Translations under genes and position numbers: made by a program
The notes under the pieces: generated by a model
Told to the model about the DNA's origin: nothing
What the model saw: the letters and a program-made list of their open reading frames with translations, nothing else
Databases searched by the model: none
Part shown: positions 22,351-32,407 of the stretch, in pieces
Layout: each line of letters opens with the position of its first letter
Numbering within the stretch: the stretch's first letter is position 1
Sequence record: PZ386974.1
DNA length: 64,000 nt
From: a phage
Strand: one strand, 5' to 3'

Positions 22351-24119
22351 AACCTGAAGAAATGAAATCCATGCGTAGAAATAAGGTCATTGCCGATAAT
22401 AAACCACAAAAAGTAGCTGCAACAGCAGCTACCGATTCATTAGAAGCATTGAATGACATTTCATCAAAACTAGACGATGTCCAAGCCGCGTCTGAACTCA
22501 CATCACAAAGTGTAGAAGATAAAGGCAATGGAATTATTGAATCAATTGGAGACTTAAAGAATTCGACAGATAATACTGCTGAAGGCACAGAGCTTATCGC
22601 AGAAGTTATTGAAAAACAAACTGAAGTCACTAAAAGTATAAACGAAGTTTCTAGTGCAATAAGCTCTAAGTTAGACCGATTAGCTACATTATTAGAGCAA
22701 AAATTACAAACATCTACCGCTATTCAAAATACAGGAGGCACCTCTCTTGAAGTAATTGAGAACGCAATACCTGTTAAAGTGGTTGAGAATGAAACTTCTG
22801 ATGAGTTGTTTAAAGCATTACCTACACCTGAAAAGATTGATAATAAGCCAGACGAAGATTTCTTCCCAGCCCCGGTTCAAGAAAGTGCTAATTCTACTTC
22901 CGATTCTAAAGGTGGAATTAGCTTTAAATTGAGCGATAAAATTGCAATGCTCACCAAAACAGTTCAAACCGGGTTTAATAAATCAATATCAATTTCAGAC
23001 AGAATTGCTGGAATGCTTTTCAAATACACTATAACGGCTGCTATTGAAGCAGCAAAAATGGCCGCACTTATTCTTGGTATTGTTATCGGTATTGATTTAT
23101 TGATAGTCCATTTCAAATATTGGACAGACAAGTTCACTTCTGCCTGGGATTTATTTGATGAAAACTTTACTAAATTCTCCGATGAAGCTAAAGAGTGGGG
23201 TAAATTCTTAAGTGATATATTCACTTCTATTGACTCGATAAAACAAATGTGGGAAGCTGGAGACTGGGGTGGTTTAACCGTTGCTATTGTCAAAGGTGTA
23301 GGAACAGCATTAATGAACTTAGGTGAACTAATTCAATTAGGAATGGCTAAACTCTCCGCGTCTATATTGCGTGCTATAGGTTTTGGTGATACCGCGGACG
23401 AAATAGAAGGACGTGCTTTGGAAGGATTCCAAGAAACTACTGGGAACAAATTAAAGAAAGAAGACCAAGAGAAAGTCGCTAAATATCAAATGAAGCGTGA
23501 CGATGGGGAATTAGGAACCGTTTCTAAAGGTCTTGATATGTTACAACGCGGCAAAACATTCGTTACTAACTGGGTTCGTGGTAATGACAATAAAGAAGAG
23601 TTTAGTACAAGCGATGAGCGTGCTGCGGAATCAGCAAAATTAAAAGAGTTACCTGAAGAGGAGCGTAAAGAGGCGTATATAAAAGCTAATGAAACTCGTG
23701 CGGCACTGGTTAGATTTGAGGATTATATCGATAAAATCGATATGACTAATCCAGAAAATGCTAAAAACGTCGAGAAGTCTTATGCTGATTTAAGTAAACT
23801 TATTAAAGACCCTGAACTTAATAAAACTCCTGTTGTTAAAAAGGAAATAGATGCTAGATTTGAAAAGCTAAATAATAAAATGGCTGAAGCCAAAAAGGCT
23901 CAGACAACAGTTAAGCCTGAATCTTCGACTAAATCTCCGGAAGCAAAACAAGTTCAGTCAATAGAGAAAGGACGGGCTTCTGAATCTAAACAACAGCAAC
24001 CGGTAGCGGCGATTAGTAACACAAATAATGTCGTCAAAAAGAATACCGTAGTCCAGAATATGACCCCTGTAACAAGTACAACGGCTCCTGGAATTTTCCA
24101 TGCCACCGGTGTTAATTAA
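22347..24119 (+). CDS. 29: baseplate hub / tail length determinator gp29
   Basis: 590 aa, same length as T4 gp29. Confidence 0.92.
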   Translation: MKPEEMKSMRRNKVIADNKPQKVAATAATDSLEALNDISSKLDDVQAASELTSQSVEDKGNGIIESIGDLKNSTDNTAEGTELIAEVIEKQTEVTKSINEVSSAISSKLDRLATLLEQKLQTSTAIQNTGGTSLEVIENAIPVKVVENETSDELFKALPTPEKIDNKPDEDFFPAPVQESANSTSDSKGGISFKLSDKIAMLTKTVQTGFNKSISISDRIAGMLFKYTITAAIEAAKMAALILGIVIGIDLLIVHFKYWTDKFTSAWDLFDENFTKFSDEAKEWGKFLSDIFTSIDSIKQMWEAGDWGGLTVAIVKGVGTALMNLGELIQLGMAKLSASILRAIGFGDTADEIEGRALEGFQETTGNKLKKEDQEKVAKYQMKRDDGELGTVSKGLDMLQRGKTFVTNWVRGNDNKEEFSTSDERAAESAKLKELPEEERKEAYIKANETRAALVRFEDYIDKIDMTNPENAKNVEKSYADLSKLIKDPELNKTPVVKKEIDARFEKLNNKMAEAKKAQTTVKPESSTKSPEAKQVQSIEKGRASESKQQQPVAAISNTNNVVKKNTVVQNMTPVTSTTAPGIFHATGVN

Positions 24120-24127
24120 GGATTATT

Positions 24128-25237
24128 ATGATTAGTGTAAAAGAAATAGTAGTAGATGCAAAGGATTTAAATAAAGCAATCCCAGTCTCAGAAAGTGCTG
24201 GGCAAAGCACTAAAACCGAAACAACTACTAAAACTTATGTTGCTCAATTTCCTACAGGAAGAGCAGCCGGAAATGACTCCACAGGAGACTTCCAGGTAAC
24301 AGACCTTTATAAGAACGGATTATTATTTACCGCGTACAATATGTCTGCACGCGATTCAGGATCCCTCAGGAATTTACGTCCGGCATACGCCGGGACTTCA
24401 TCTAATGGTATCATATCGGATTTAACTGATAATGTGAAAGATGCGGTGACTAAATTCTCAAATGGATTGCTTCCTGCCGGAGCTAATAAGTCTACTATAA
24501 ATAAAACTCCTGTTGCTAATATCCTTTTGCCACGTTCCAAATCTGACGTTGATACAACTTCACATCGTTTTAATGATATCGGTGATAGTCTTATTACTAA
24601 AGGTGGAGGTACTGCTACAGGTGTTTTAAGTAACATTGCTTCTACTGCAGTCTTTGGTGCATTAGATTCTATTACTCAAGGGCTTATGGCTGATAACAAC
24701 GAACAGATTTATACGACTTCTCGTAGTATGTATGGCGGTGCTGAGAACCGTACTAAAGTCTTTACATGGGATTTAACTCCACGTTCGACTGAAGACCTTA
24801 TGGCTATTATAAACATTTACCAGTATTTTAACTATTTCTCTTATGGTGAGACTGGTAAATCACAGTATGCCCAAGAGATTAAAAGTTATTTAGACGAATG
24901 GTACCGTTCAACGTTTATTGAGCCTATGACGCCAGATGATGCAGTAAAAAATAAGACATTGTTTGAAAAGATTACTGCGTCATTAACAAACGTATTAGTT
25001 GTAAGCAACCCTACAATTTGGATGGTTAAAAACTTTGGTTATACATCTAAATTTGATGGATTAACTGACGTATTTGGCCCATGTCAAATTCAAAGCGTAC
25101 GTTTTGATAAAACTCCAAATGGACAATTTAATGGTCTCGCTGTTGCTCCTAACTTACCATCAACATTTACGTTAGAGATAACAATGCGAGAAATTATTAC
25201 ATTAAACCGTTCTTCACTTTATGCGGGGACTTTCTAA
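24128..25237 (+). CDS. 48: baseplate tail tube cap gp48
   Basis: 369 aa, T4 synteny 29-48-54. Confidence 0.9.
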   Translation: MISVKEIVVDAKDLNKAIPVSESAGQSTKTETTTKTYVAQFPTGRAAGNDSTGDFQVTDLYKNGLLFTAYNMSARDSGSLRNLRPAYAGTSSNGIISDLTDNVKDAVTKFSNGLLPAGANKSTINKTPVANILLPRSKSDVDTTSHRFNDIGDSLITKGGGTATGVLSNIASTAVFGALDSITQGLMADNNEQIYTTSRSMYGGAENRTKVFTWDLTPRSTEDLMAIINIYQYFNYFSYGETGKSQYAQEIKSYLDEWYRSTFIEPMTPDDAVKNKTLFEKITASLTNVLVVSNPTIWMVKNFGYTSKFDGLTDVFGPCQIQSVRFDKTPNGQFNGLAVAPNLPSTFTLEITMREIITLNRSSLYAGTF

Positions 25238-26199
25238 TGTACTCTTTAGAAGAATTTAATAACCACGCTATAAATGCGGATTTCCAACGAAACAATATGT
25301 TTAGTTGTGTATTTGCTACTACCCCATCGACCAAATCATCTTCACTAATTTCGTCAATTGGTAGTTTTGCTTATAATAACTTAGGGTTGGATTCAGATTG
25401 GCTAGGATTGTCTCAAGGTGATATCAATCAGGGCGTAACAACCCTGATTACAGCAGGAACACAGAAATTAATTCGAAAATCGGGTGCAAGTAAATATCTG
25501 ATTGGAGCAATGAGTCAACGTACGGTACAAAGCTTGTTAGGTGAGTTCACAGTAGGAACTTATCTGATAGACTTCTTCAATATGGCATATAATAATACAG
25601 GTTTAATGATTTATTCTGTAAAAATGCCTGAGAACCGATTATCTTATGAAACGGATTTCAACTATAACTCCCCGAACATCCGAATTACCGGTCGTGAAAT
25701 GGACCCGTTAGTAATAAGCTTTAGAATGGATTCCGAAGCATCTAACTTTAGAGCAATGCAAGACTGGGTAAACTCAGTCCAAGACCCTGTAACAGGTCTT
25801 CGTGCTTTACCACAAGACGTCGAAGCAGATATTCAGGTTAATTTACACGCACGAAATGGTTTACCACATACCGCTGTCATGTTCACAGGATGTATTCCTG
25901 TTAGTGTCTCTTCTCCTGAGTTAACGTATGATGGTGATAATCAGATAACAGTTTTTGATGTAACATTTGCTTATCGCGTTATGCAATCAGGTGCTGTAAA
26001 TAGACAGGCTGCTTTAGAATGGCTGGAATCAGGACTTATTAGTAGTGTTTCAGGAATGTTTGGAAATAATCAGAATGATTCTGGACTAGGAAGTGCAGTA
26101 TCAAGACTTTCTAGATTAGGTGGGACCGCTGGAGGTGTGTCTAATATAAACACATTGACAGGTGTGGTGAATTCTGCGTCAAGAGTTTTAGGACTATAA
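25237..26199 (+). CDS. 54: baseplate tail tube initiator gp54
   Basis: 320 aa, same length as T4 gp54. Confidence 0.9.
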   Translation: MYSLEEFNNHAINADFQRNNMFSCVFATTPSTKSSSLISSIGSFAYNNLGLDSDWLGLSQGDINQGVTTLITAGTQKLIRKSGASKYLIGAMSQRTVQSLLGEFTVGTYLIDFFNMAYNNTGLMIYSVKMPENRLSYETDFNYNSPNIRITGREMDPLVISFRMDSEASNFRAMQDWVNSVQDPVTGLRALPQDVEADIQVNLHARNGLPHTAVMFTGCIPVSVSSPELTYDGDNQITVFDVTFAYRVMQSGAVNRQAALEWLESGLISSVSGMFGNNQNDSGLGSAVSRLSRLGGTAGGVSNINTLTGVVNSASRVLGL

Positions 26200-26206
26200 A
26201 GAAAAA

Positions 26207-26226
26207 GGGAGACAACGTCTCCCTTT
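26207..26226. terminator. bidirectional terminator hairpin (GGGAGAC...TCTCCC) between gene 54 and alt-side genes
   Basis: GC stem flanked by A-run and T-run between convergent transcription units. Confidence 0.55.
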
Positions 26227-26232
26227 AGGGGT

Positions 26233-26526
26233 TTATTTACGGAATGAAAGGAATGCTGGTGCTCGGAATGGAGTATCATCTTTAGAGTATTTAACTAATA
26301 CGACCATTGGTACCTCTGTTTCTAAATGACCCGTCACTACACCGACAAAAATTTGATCAGTGTGTTCAGGGTCACGAAAGTTTTTAAGAGGTTCCATAGC
26401 AATATGGAATGCACCTGGGAATACTCGATTCAATTCGTCAATCACAGCTTCGTTAAAAGCATCATCCGCTGGGATAACATCTTCAACTACTAGTTCTTGA
26501 CCATTAAAGCGAAGCATAGATTTCAT
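26233..26526 (-). CDS. hypothetical protein (alt.-1-like)
   Basis: 97-aa product from ATG with GAGGAAA RBS; early-type promoter upstream at 26556-26585. Confidence 0.55.
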   Translation of the reverse strand: MKSMLRFNGQELVVEDVIPADDAFNEAVIDELNRVFPGAFHIAMEPLKNFRDPEHTDQIFVGVVTGHLETEVPMVVLVKYSKDDTPFRAPAFLSFRK

Positions 26527-26555
26527 AACGTTTTCCTCGTGTTGTTGATGGGATG

Positions 26556-26585
26556 ATAGTATCACACATCCATGTGTTTGTAAAC
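26556..26585 (-). promoter_or_regulatory. T4 early-type promoter (GTTTACA-N17-TACTAT)
   Basis: minus-strand GTTTACA, 17-nt spacer, TACTAT, overlapping 3' end of alt. Confidence 0.45.
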
Positions 26586-28672
26586 TATCCTTGGACAAAT
26601 TTAAACGGAACTGATTCTAAATCCATTAAAGATGCTAACAATTTCAATCCTTTAGGAGCACTAGTTTTTTCTACAAATGAAGAGAACGATACTGGCTCAT
26701 CCGATTCGATTTCACCCGTCATAGCAACCACCTCGCCTGTTTCCATGAGAACATCACCATCATAAATGACAGCTTCATCCAACTGGTCCGAGGACATGAC
26801 TTCAGCTTGAATAAATTTAAGGTTGGATTCTAAACCCGCACCAGTGTCAGATGACGCATCTGTAATTTTATTTATTTGCAAGAGAATGCCTCTAGGCAAA
26901 ATAATTTCTTGCTCATTAGGGTGATTACTCAACTGTCCTGGATAAATCACGTTAACTTTATGAGCGCCATCAATAGCCCATCCAACGTTAACACGGATTT
27001 GTTCTGGCGCATGCATAGCTGTTCTTACTTGACTAGGAGAAATAGTAACACCTTCGTCATTATTGTCAATGTTAAGCTCTTTGCGAACTTCTTCAGGAGC
27101 AAGTCCAAGGGCAACGTTCTCTTTAAACCCACCGAAAATAATAGGAGCTAGTGAAGTGGAAACATAGTTTCTGAAGTAGAATACCTTATTTTTAACCATT
27201 GCTTCGTAAATAGGCATTCTGATAGACTGAGCTCTATATAACGTTAGTCCTTCAGGTAAACGGTCTCCATTTAAAAACGCCGAATCAAGACCATCAATAG
27301 CGCGTTTAACTTCATCTTCATCCGCAACATCGTAAAAATCCGGTTTATAACGACCTAACAACATATTATTGATATCTATATATGCAGAAGAGGCATATTC
27401 ACGAATAGCTCGTTTTTCAGCAACAGAGTATTGTTTAGGGTCTCGATTCATTGTTATATTAAAGGTGCCTCTAGCCGATTCTCTGGCATAAGTATACATC
27501 ACATTAGACAAGAACGCTGATTTACGTTGTTTCCAAGTTCTTTCAGATACTTCAGCTAAAACGTCGTCAGGCAGTTGGAAATTATCACGTCTAAAATCTT
27601 CAAACCATTCGTCTTTAATAGAGTCTGCAATTTCATTTGCAGCTTCAACAAAAGCAGCTAATGCTTTAACAGATGTTGTTTTTTCGGTTTTAATTTTCTT
27701 AGCAAACTTTTCTAAAGTCGGCTTAATAACACTACCATAAGAAACTTCATCAGCAAATTTAAAGGATTCATCAATACGATTATAAATCTTATTTTCGATA
27801 TCAGCAACTAAAGTGCCTTTTGCTGTGGACGATGCTTGGGCTAGTACGATTTCATATGCTTCAGGAAGTAATTCGGCCGTAGCTGGGCCACTAACTTCTT
27901 TAGCAGAATTTTCGTATTTCTGGAATAACTCACCTTCTTGTCGGTCAGCTTCTAAAGATTGACTTGCTGCAATAGCACGACGAGAAATTTTAGTACGAGC
28001 AATAACAGGCTTATCTTTACGTTTTTCTTCTACAGCAGCAATAGAACCAGCGATAGCCGTTTCTTTGGTGACCTTTTCGCCAGTCTTTTTACTCACATAA
28101 ACTTCGCCAACATCAGAATCTACTTTCGCGTACAACTCTGTGTTAATGTTAGGGATGCCTTTAATATCTTCAATGTTGGCATTTTTACGAACCATCATCA
28201 CATAGGTGTGTTTACCTGTGAATTGATACATTGCCGACAATACTTTAAAACGACCACCGGTTTTAGTAGAAACTAAACGAGCAAGAAGAGTTTGAAGCTG
28301 TTGTCCACGTCCTTTCAATTTCTTGGTAGGGAATCGGAACAGAACTGCATCCATACGAAGAGCTTTAACCTGTTCATATACTGTATTGAAAATAGTGTTG
28401 ATTGCATCAATAGGAGCAGGACCAAGGCCATTTTTCAATTCAGCTAGATTACCCTTTTCAGACAGACTCATAATAACAACATGAGCGTATTTGTCGCCAA
28501 GTTTAACTTGTTTTACAGCGTCGCCTTCGGAAAGGTAAGAGAATAAACGAACTACAATATTTGTATCGATATCACCAATTTTCCAGACTTGTGGAACTTT
28601 AGCTTTAGGGTTCAAATTGACGACAGGAAGACTGCCTTCAGATTCAAACACTTCATTTAATTGTTCAGACAT
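26585..28672 (-). CDS. alt: Alt ADP-ribosyltransferase (packaged, modifies host RNA polymerase)
   Basis: 695 aa; C-terminal ART signatures (YVSTSLAP STS motif, EQEIILPRG catalytic Glu); T4 synteny next to gene 30. Confidence 0.88.
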   Translation of the reverse strand: MSEQLNEVFESEGSLPVVNLNPKAKVPQVWKIGDIDTNIVVRLFSYLSEGDAVKQVKLGDKYAHVVIMSLSEKGNLAELKNGLGPAPIDAINTIFNTVYEQVKALRMDAVLFRFPTKKLKGRGQQLQTLLARLVSTKTGGRFKVLSAMYQFTGKHTYVMMVRKNANIEDIKGIPNINTELYAKVDSDVGEVYVSKKTGEKVTKETAIAGSIAAVEEKRKDKPVIARTKISRRAIAASQSLEADRQEGELFQKYENSAKEVSGPATAELLPEAYEIVLAQASSTAKGTLVADIENKIYNRIDESFKFADEVSYGSVIKPTLEKFAKKIKTEKTTSVKALAAFVEAANEIADSIKDEWFEDFRRDNFQLPDDVLAEVSERTWKQRKSAFLSNVMYTYARESARGTFNITMNRDPKQYSVAEKRAIREYASSAYIDINNMLLGRYKPDFYDVADEDEVKRAIDGLDSAFLNGDRLPEGLTLYRAQSIRMPIYEAMVKNKVFYFRNYVSTSLAPIIFGGFKENVALGLAPEEVRKELNIDNNDEGVTISPSQVRTAMHAPEQIRVNVGWAIDGAHKVNVIYPGQLSNHPNEQEIILPRGILLQINKITDASSDTGAGLESNLKFIQAEVMSSDQLDEAVIYDGDVLMETGEVVAMTGEIESDEPVSFSSFVEKTSAPKGLKLLASLMDLESVPFKFVQG

Positions 28673-28712
28673 AGAGTTTTCCTTTTAGTAATAATTTATA
28701 TTTATGCCAAAA

Positions 28713-28728
28713 AGAGCCCGAAGGCTCT
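28713..28728 (-). terminator. hairpin AGAGCC-ttcg-GGCTCT + T-run upstream of alt
   Basis: minus-strand stem-loop followed by TTTTTGG between upstream ORF and alt. Confidence 0.5.
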
Positions 28729-28916
28729 TAATCCACAATCGGGAGCAAAGTACGATAAACTTCAAAATTAGGGCCTTTTTCGTACGTATCAAAATTGTCC
28801 ATAAAAATATTATAGGAATCGTTATTAGGAAAATCTAATATAATCTGAGAGCAAGAGGTGGAAACATCTCCACCATCCTTCTTAGCTACAATAACTGTTT
28901 CTAAATAAGCTTTCAT
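28728..28916 (-). CDS. hypothetical protein
   Basis: 62-aa ORF starting at ATG overlapping ligase stop (TAATG). Confidence 0.5.
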   Translation of the reverse strand: MKAYLETVIVAKKDGGDVSTSCSQIILDFPNNDSYNIFMDNFDTYEKGPNFEVYRTLLPIVD

Positions 28917-30409
28917 TATAAACCTGTCTGGGACCACGGTCCAAATACGTCTTCAAACGAATCCGCTTCTGTTTTATCAAAACGGAACCCTTTAATAATT
29001 GGAAGGAAAATACCTACAGTACCTTCACGGCCTTTAGAATGAACCCAACCATTACATTCACAATCAGCGATACGTCCAATTAATTTACCTTCACGAGCTT
29101 CGGTCATTAATCGTTCACGGTCCAAATCATGTCGCTCATCTAAAGGAATAAGAACCTTTACACCGTCAACTGTTTTATGAGTTGTATCTTTAAACCCTGA
29201 ACCACAATCAGTTGTAATACGACGACAACGTGATACGAGTTCGACACCACCTAATTTGTTAGGGTCTTTAGAGTGTTCATAGTATCCTACAACTTCTAAA
29301 GCGATATCAATAACTTCTTTAAATTTAATTAGGTTCTTAGAGCGTTTGTTTTCCCAATATGAATCACGGTTTTTAAGGATAATACCTTCAAGACCTTGGT
29401 CAACATATTTTTTATAAACCACTTTAGCTTCGTCAAGATTACGAACTAACTGATTTTCAATTGGCTCAATTCGTTTAAAGCCTTCAGCCATATTTTCAAG
29501 AGCAGCAAAACGAACATCGTATTTCTGACCTTTAATTTTGCCATCAGAATAGACTTCATCTAAAGGAACATAGTCCCAGGCTTGAAGAACCATACCTTCC
29601 GCTTCTTTAGGAGAAATAGTCCCTTGAAGAGATTTATTTGCTAAACCATTTGAAGTGCTACGGTCTGCAACTTGTACTTCTTCGGATTCTTCATTATCAC
29701 CAAATAAGAACGACAGGTCGTTTCCTGAGCTCACAGCCTTTTTAATATCGAATGAATGATAAACTAATTCACCATCGATTAAAACCCCATTAGGGTGTCT
29801 TTCACGAGCTTCTTTAGTCATTTCCATTAGTTCATCCGCTAATAGAGTAAGACCATGGTATTCGTTACCAGCACGAGAAAAGAATTGAACACCATCATCG
29901 CGAACTTCAGCGAAACAACGAGCACCATCTGCTTTTAATTGGGCAAATGCGGGCCATTTAATATTTTTAGTAATCAATTTCTCATCATATGCAGATGCTA
30001 ACATCTGTGGTTGCAATTGAATAAGTCCAGGCCACACCTTATTCGCGATAGACACTGAAGCACCTACTTCAAGGTCGCGCATCATTACACGACGAAGGAC
30101 TTCTACATCATCAGGTTTACCATCAGCGATATAACCCATGAGCTCTTTAATTGCAGCATTACCAGTGAGTTTACGAGTGGCTAATGTGAACTCAATAAAA
30201 TCCAACATGTCATCTAATTCAAGAAGACCATATGCTTGAGACCTTTCACCCGGTCCTGGCCATTTCTTAATATAATACTGGATACCACGTGCATATGTTA
30301 AACGATACACACGTTCAAGTAATTTGTTGTCCTTATTTTTCTTAAGGATTTCTTGTTTTGTTTTAGTAGAACCGATCGCAGCTATTTGGTTTAAAATATC
30401 TAAAATCAT
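28916..30409 (-). CDS. 30: ATP-dependent DNA ligase gp30
   Basis: 497 aa; N-terminus MILDILNQIAAIGSTKTKQ and active-site KADGAR match T4 DNA ligase. Confidence 0.95.
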   Translation of the reverse strand: MILDILNQIAAIGSTKTKQEILKKNKDNKLLERVYRLTYARGIQYYIKKWPGPGERSQAYGLLELDDMLDFIEFTLATRKLTGNAAIKELMGYIADGKPDDVEVLRRVMMRDLEVGASVSIANKVWPGLIQLQPQMLASAYDEKLITKNIKWPAFAQLKADGARCFAEVRDDGVQFFSRAGNEYHGLTLLADELMEMTKEARERHPNGVLIDGELVYHSFDIKKAVSSGNDLSFLFGDNEESEEVQVADRSTSNGLANKSLQGTISPKEAEGMVLQAWDYVPLDEVYSDGKIKGQKYDVRFAALENMAEGFKRIEPIENQLVRNLDEAKVVYKKYVDQGLEGIILKNRDSYWENKRSKNLIKFKEVIDIALEVVGYYEHSKDPNKLGGVELVSRCRRITTDCGSGFKDTTHKTVDGVKVLIPLDERHDLDRERLMTEAREGKLIGRIADCECNGWVHSKGREGTVGIFLPIIKGFRFDKTEADSFEDVFGPWSQTGL

Positions 30410-30675
30410 TTGATGACCTCGATTTTGGTTACGGTTCTATTATAAGCCACTTCATCTAGAAGCGATTTCAGCGTTTTCTGATAAGTGGTAATCCATTTAC
30501 CGAGTCCTTCAACATAATATTCTGAAATGTAGATGAACCCTTGTTCAACACACTCTTTAAATATTTCTGCGTCTTTTACTGAACGAAACACCGGCCAGTC
30601 TCGAAAGAACATGTTAACATGACCGTAGTCACGCGTTGTGTTTTTGCCATCTGTAATATCATGAACTACAAACAT
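30406..30675 (-). CDS. hypothetical protein (30.1-like)
   Basis: 89-aa ORF, ATGA overlap with gene 30. Confidence 0.6.
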   Translation of the reverse strand: MFVVHDITDGKNTTRDYGHVNMFFRDWPVFRSVKDAEIFKECVEQGFIYISEYYVEGLGKWITTYQKTLKSLLDEVAYNRTVTKIEVIK

Positions 30676-30684
30676 AATTAGCCC

Positions 30685-31500
30685 TTAACAATTTATAGAC
30701 CAAGTCCATTTAGACGAATCTAAAGGAAAGTTTTGAATCGTCCACCATGGCTGCATATCGGTTGGTCCTGGGGTTCGCCAGGTATACGGATTCGACGGAG
30801 CACCAATTTGATTAGGCCATGCGCCTGGACTTGTTGTACCAGATTCTTTAAGCAAATCCGCCAATCGTTTTAAAAGGTCTTCACGATCTGAATCTGAATT
30901 ATGCTCTGGTGGAACCAAACGAGATTCAATATCATCCCACGTGTGTACACGTTGTGCAGTACGAGGAATGGCATCACGTTCACCACGAGCCAACCAATAA
31001 ATCGGTACATTAAGAATTTCTGCTGCATGGTCACAGTGATGAGCTAAATCGTCAACGTAACAAATCACGTTATATTTTGTTTTAGCTAGTTCAAATAATT
31101 GTTCCTTTGAAGAATCATGACCACACATCATTACTTCAGAGAAAGCGCCTGGGAACAAAGCATTCAAATTAAATTGTCTATTCAATCGAGCATCAATTGA
31201 ATCACCTAGCGCCGTCACAGCTACAAAATTATAGTCTTCTTTTAGTTTATTGATAACTCGAAGAGCATCCGAATAAGGCGCTAAGTAACGAATAAAATCA
31301 GAGCTATTATATTTTTCTATTAATTGTTTACCAAGGTTATCGTCGGTATTGAACAGTTTACCAGGAGAAATAAATTTTTCGTCCTGAATCATTTTTAAAA
31401 TATGTTCTAATGGAAGGTTATATTTTTGGGCAAAATAAGGAAGTCCAGATTGCCAGCTTAAACATACACCATCAATATCAGTCAAAATAGTAGGCTTCAT
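30685..31500 (-). CDS. HAD-superfamily phosphatase-like protein (30.2-like)
   Basis: 271 aa; N-terminal DIDGV motif typical of HAD hydrolases. Confidence 0.65.
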   Translation of the reverse strand: MKPTILTDIDGVCLSWQSGLPYFAQKYNLPLEHILKMIQDEKFISPGKLFNTDDNLGKQLIEKYNSSDFIRYLAPYSDALRVINKLKEDYNFVAVTALGDSIDARLNRQFNLNALFPGAFSEVMMCGHDSSKEQLFELAKTKYNVICYVDDLAHHCDHAAEILNVPIYWLARGERDAIPRTAQRVHTWDDIESRLVPPEHNSDSDREDLLKRLADLLKESGTTSPGAWPNQIGAPSNPYTWRTPGPTDMQPWWTIQNFPLDSSKWTWSINC

Positions 31501-31964
31501 AAAGAGTCTCTTAATAGGTTTAACACATCAATAAATTCAGCTTCAGTTAGTATTGTATCATCTTTTGTTAGGTGGCTAGCCATGCTGTGCTTCAAAATTT
31601 TTCCTTTAGAGGCTTGTAAGGCATCACGAAATCCCTTATTTTGGATCGCGGCTTCAAAATATGCATTTGTGTATAATTCTTTCCACGCTTCAGAGTATCT
31701 TGAAAATGGAACTCCTAACCAGAAGAGAGTCCCACGGTCCTGAGCTCTTGCGTAAGACCTTCCAGCTTGCTGTGCAGCCAATCCAGACAACCCAAATATA
31801 CGTCTTTGTTGTTCAACATTTTTCACCTTACATCCTTGGAGAAATCCTTCAAGACCTCCGAATTGAATACCATCCATAACAAAAGGCCATTGAGCAAAGT
31901 TACTTAATGCACATGACGGCCACTTGAAATTACTTCTTATTTCTAATTCAGACATCTTTAACAC
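31497..31964 (-). CDS. NADAR/YbiA (DUF1768)-family protein (30.3-like)
   Basis: 155 aa; FKWPSCALSNFAQWPF...DGIQFGGLEGFLQGCK resembles YbiA/NADAR N-terminal signature. Confidence 0.6.
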   Translation of the reverse strand: MLKMSELEIRSNFKWPSCALSNFAQWPFVMDGIQFGGLEGFLQGCKVKNVEQQRRIFGLSGLAAQQAGRSYARAQDRGTLFWLGVPFSRYSEAWKELYTNAYFEAAIQNKGFRDALQASKGKILKHSMASHLTKDDTILTEAEFIDVLNLLRDSL

Positions 31965-32166
31965 TTATAATTTCAACATCAGCCCAATGGCCGTATCCAG
32001 GTATACGGTCTTCGATAGATAAATTTCCGTCATTTTTAGGCATTTTAATTGACGTAACGTATGGTTCTAAACGGTTTTCTGCATAATATGGAAAAACGTC
32101 TGTTACACGATAAGTAACTTCGATCATTTCCGTACCAAACAATTTCTGGATTAATTTATTCAACAT
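31948..32166 (-). CDS. hypothetical protein (30.x)
   Basis: 72-aa ORF in gene-30 operon. Confidence 0.5.
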   Translation of the reverse strand: MLNKLIQKLFGTEMIEVTYRVTDVFPYYAENRLEPYVTSIKMPKNDGNLSIEDRIPGYGHWADVEIISVKDV

Positions 32167-32353
32167 GTTTCAACCCTTTAATAGGAGATAACTCTTTACC
32201 CATACGTATGTCAGAAGTCCAATCAACCCATTGAACAGCATACGCTTCATTGATAATTCCAGCGGCGGTTTTAAATTCAGGGAGAACTTTAAAAATCACC
32301 CCAGGAATTCCAACACCTTTTAATTGGACTGTTTGTGCTATTAAAAATTTCAT
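32156..32353 (-). CDS. hypothetical protein (30.x)
   Basis: 65-aa ORF; early-type promoter upstream. Confidence 0.5.
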   Translation of the reverse strand: MKFLIAQTVQLKGVGIPGVIFKVLPEFKTAAGIINEAYAVQWVDWTSDIRMGKELSPIKGLKHVE

Positions 32354-32407
32354 ATTTTTCCACTTACTAAAGAAATCATTATACTCTAATCCGTCCTTGG
32401 ATGTAAA

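Noticed and set aside
22331-22630. 99-aa minus-strand ORF over the gene 28/29 junction (and 22131-22409)
   Set aside because: Antisense to two syntenic baseplate genes; Ser-rich low-complexity translation.
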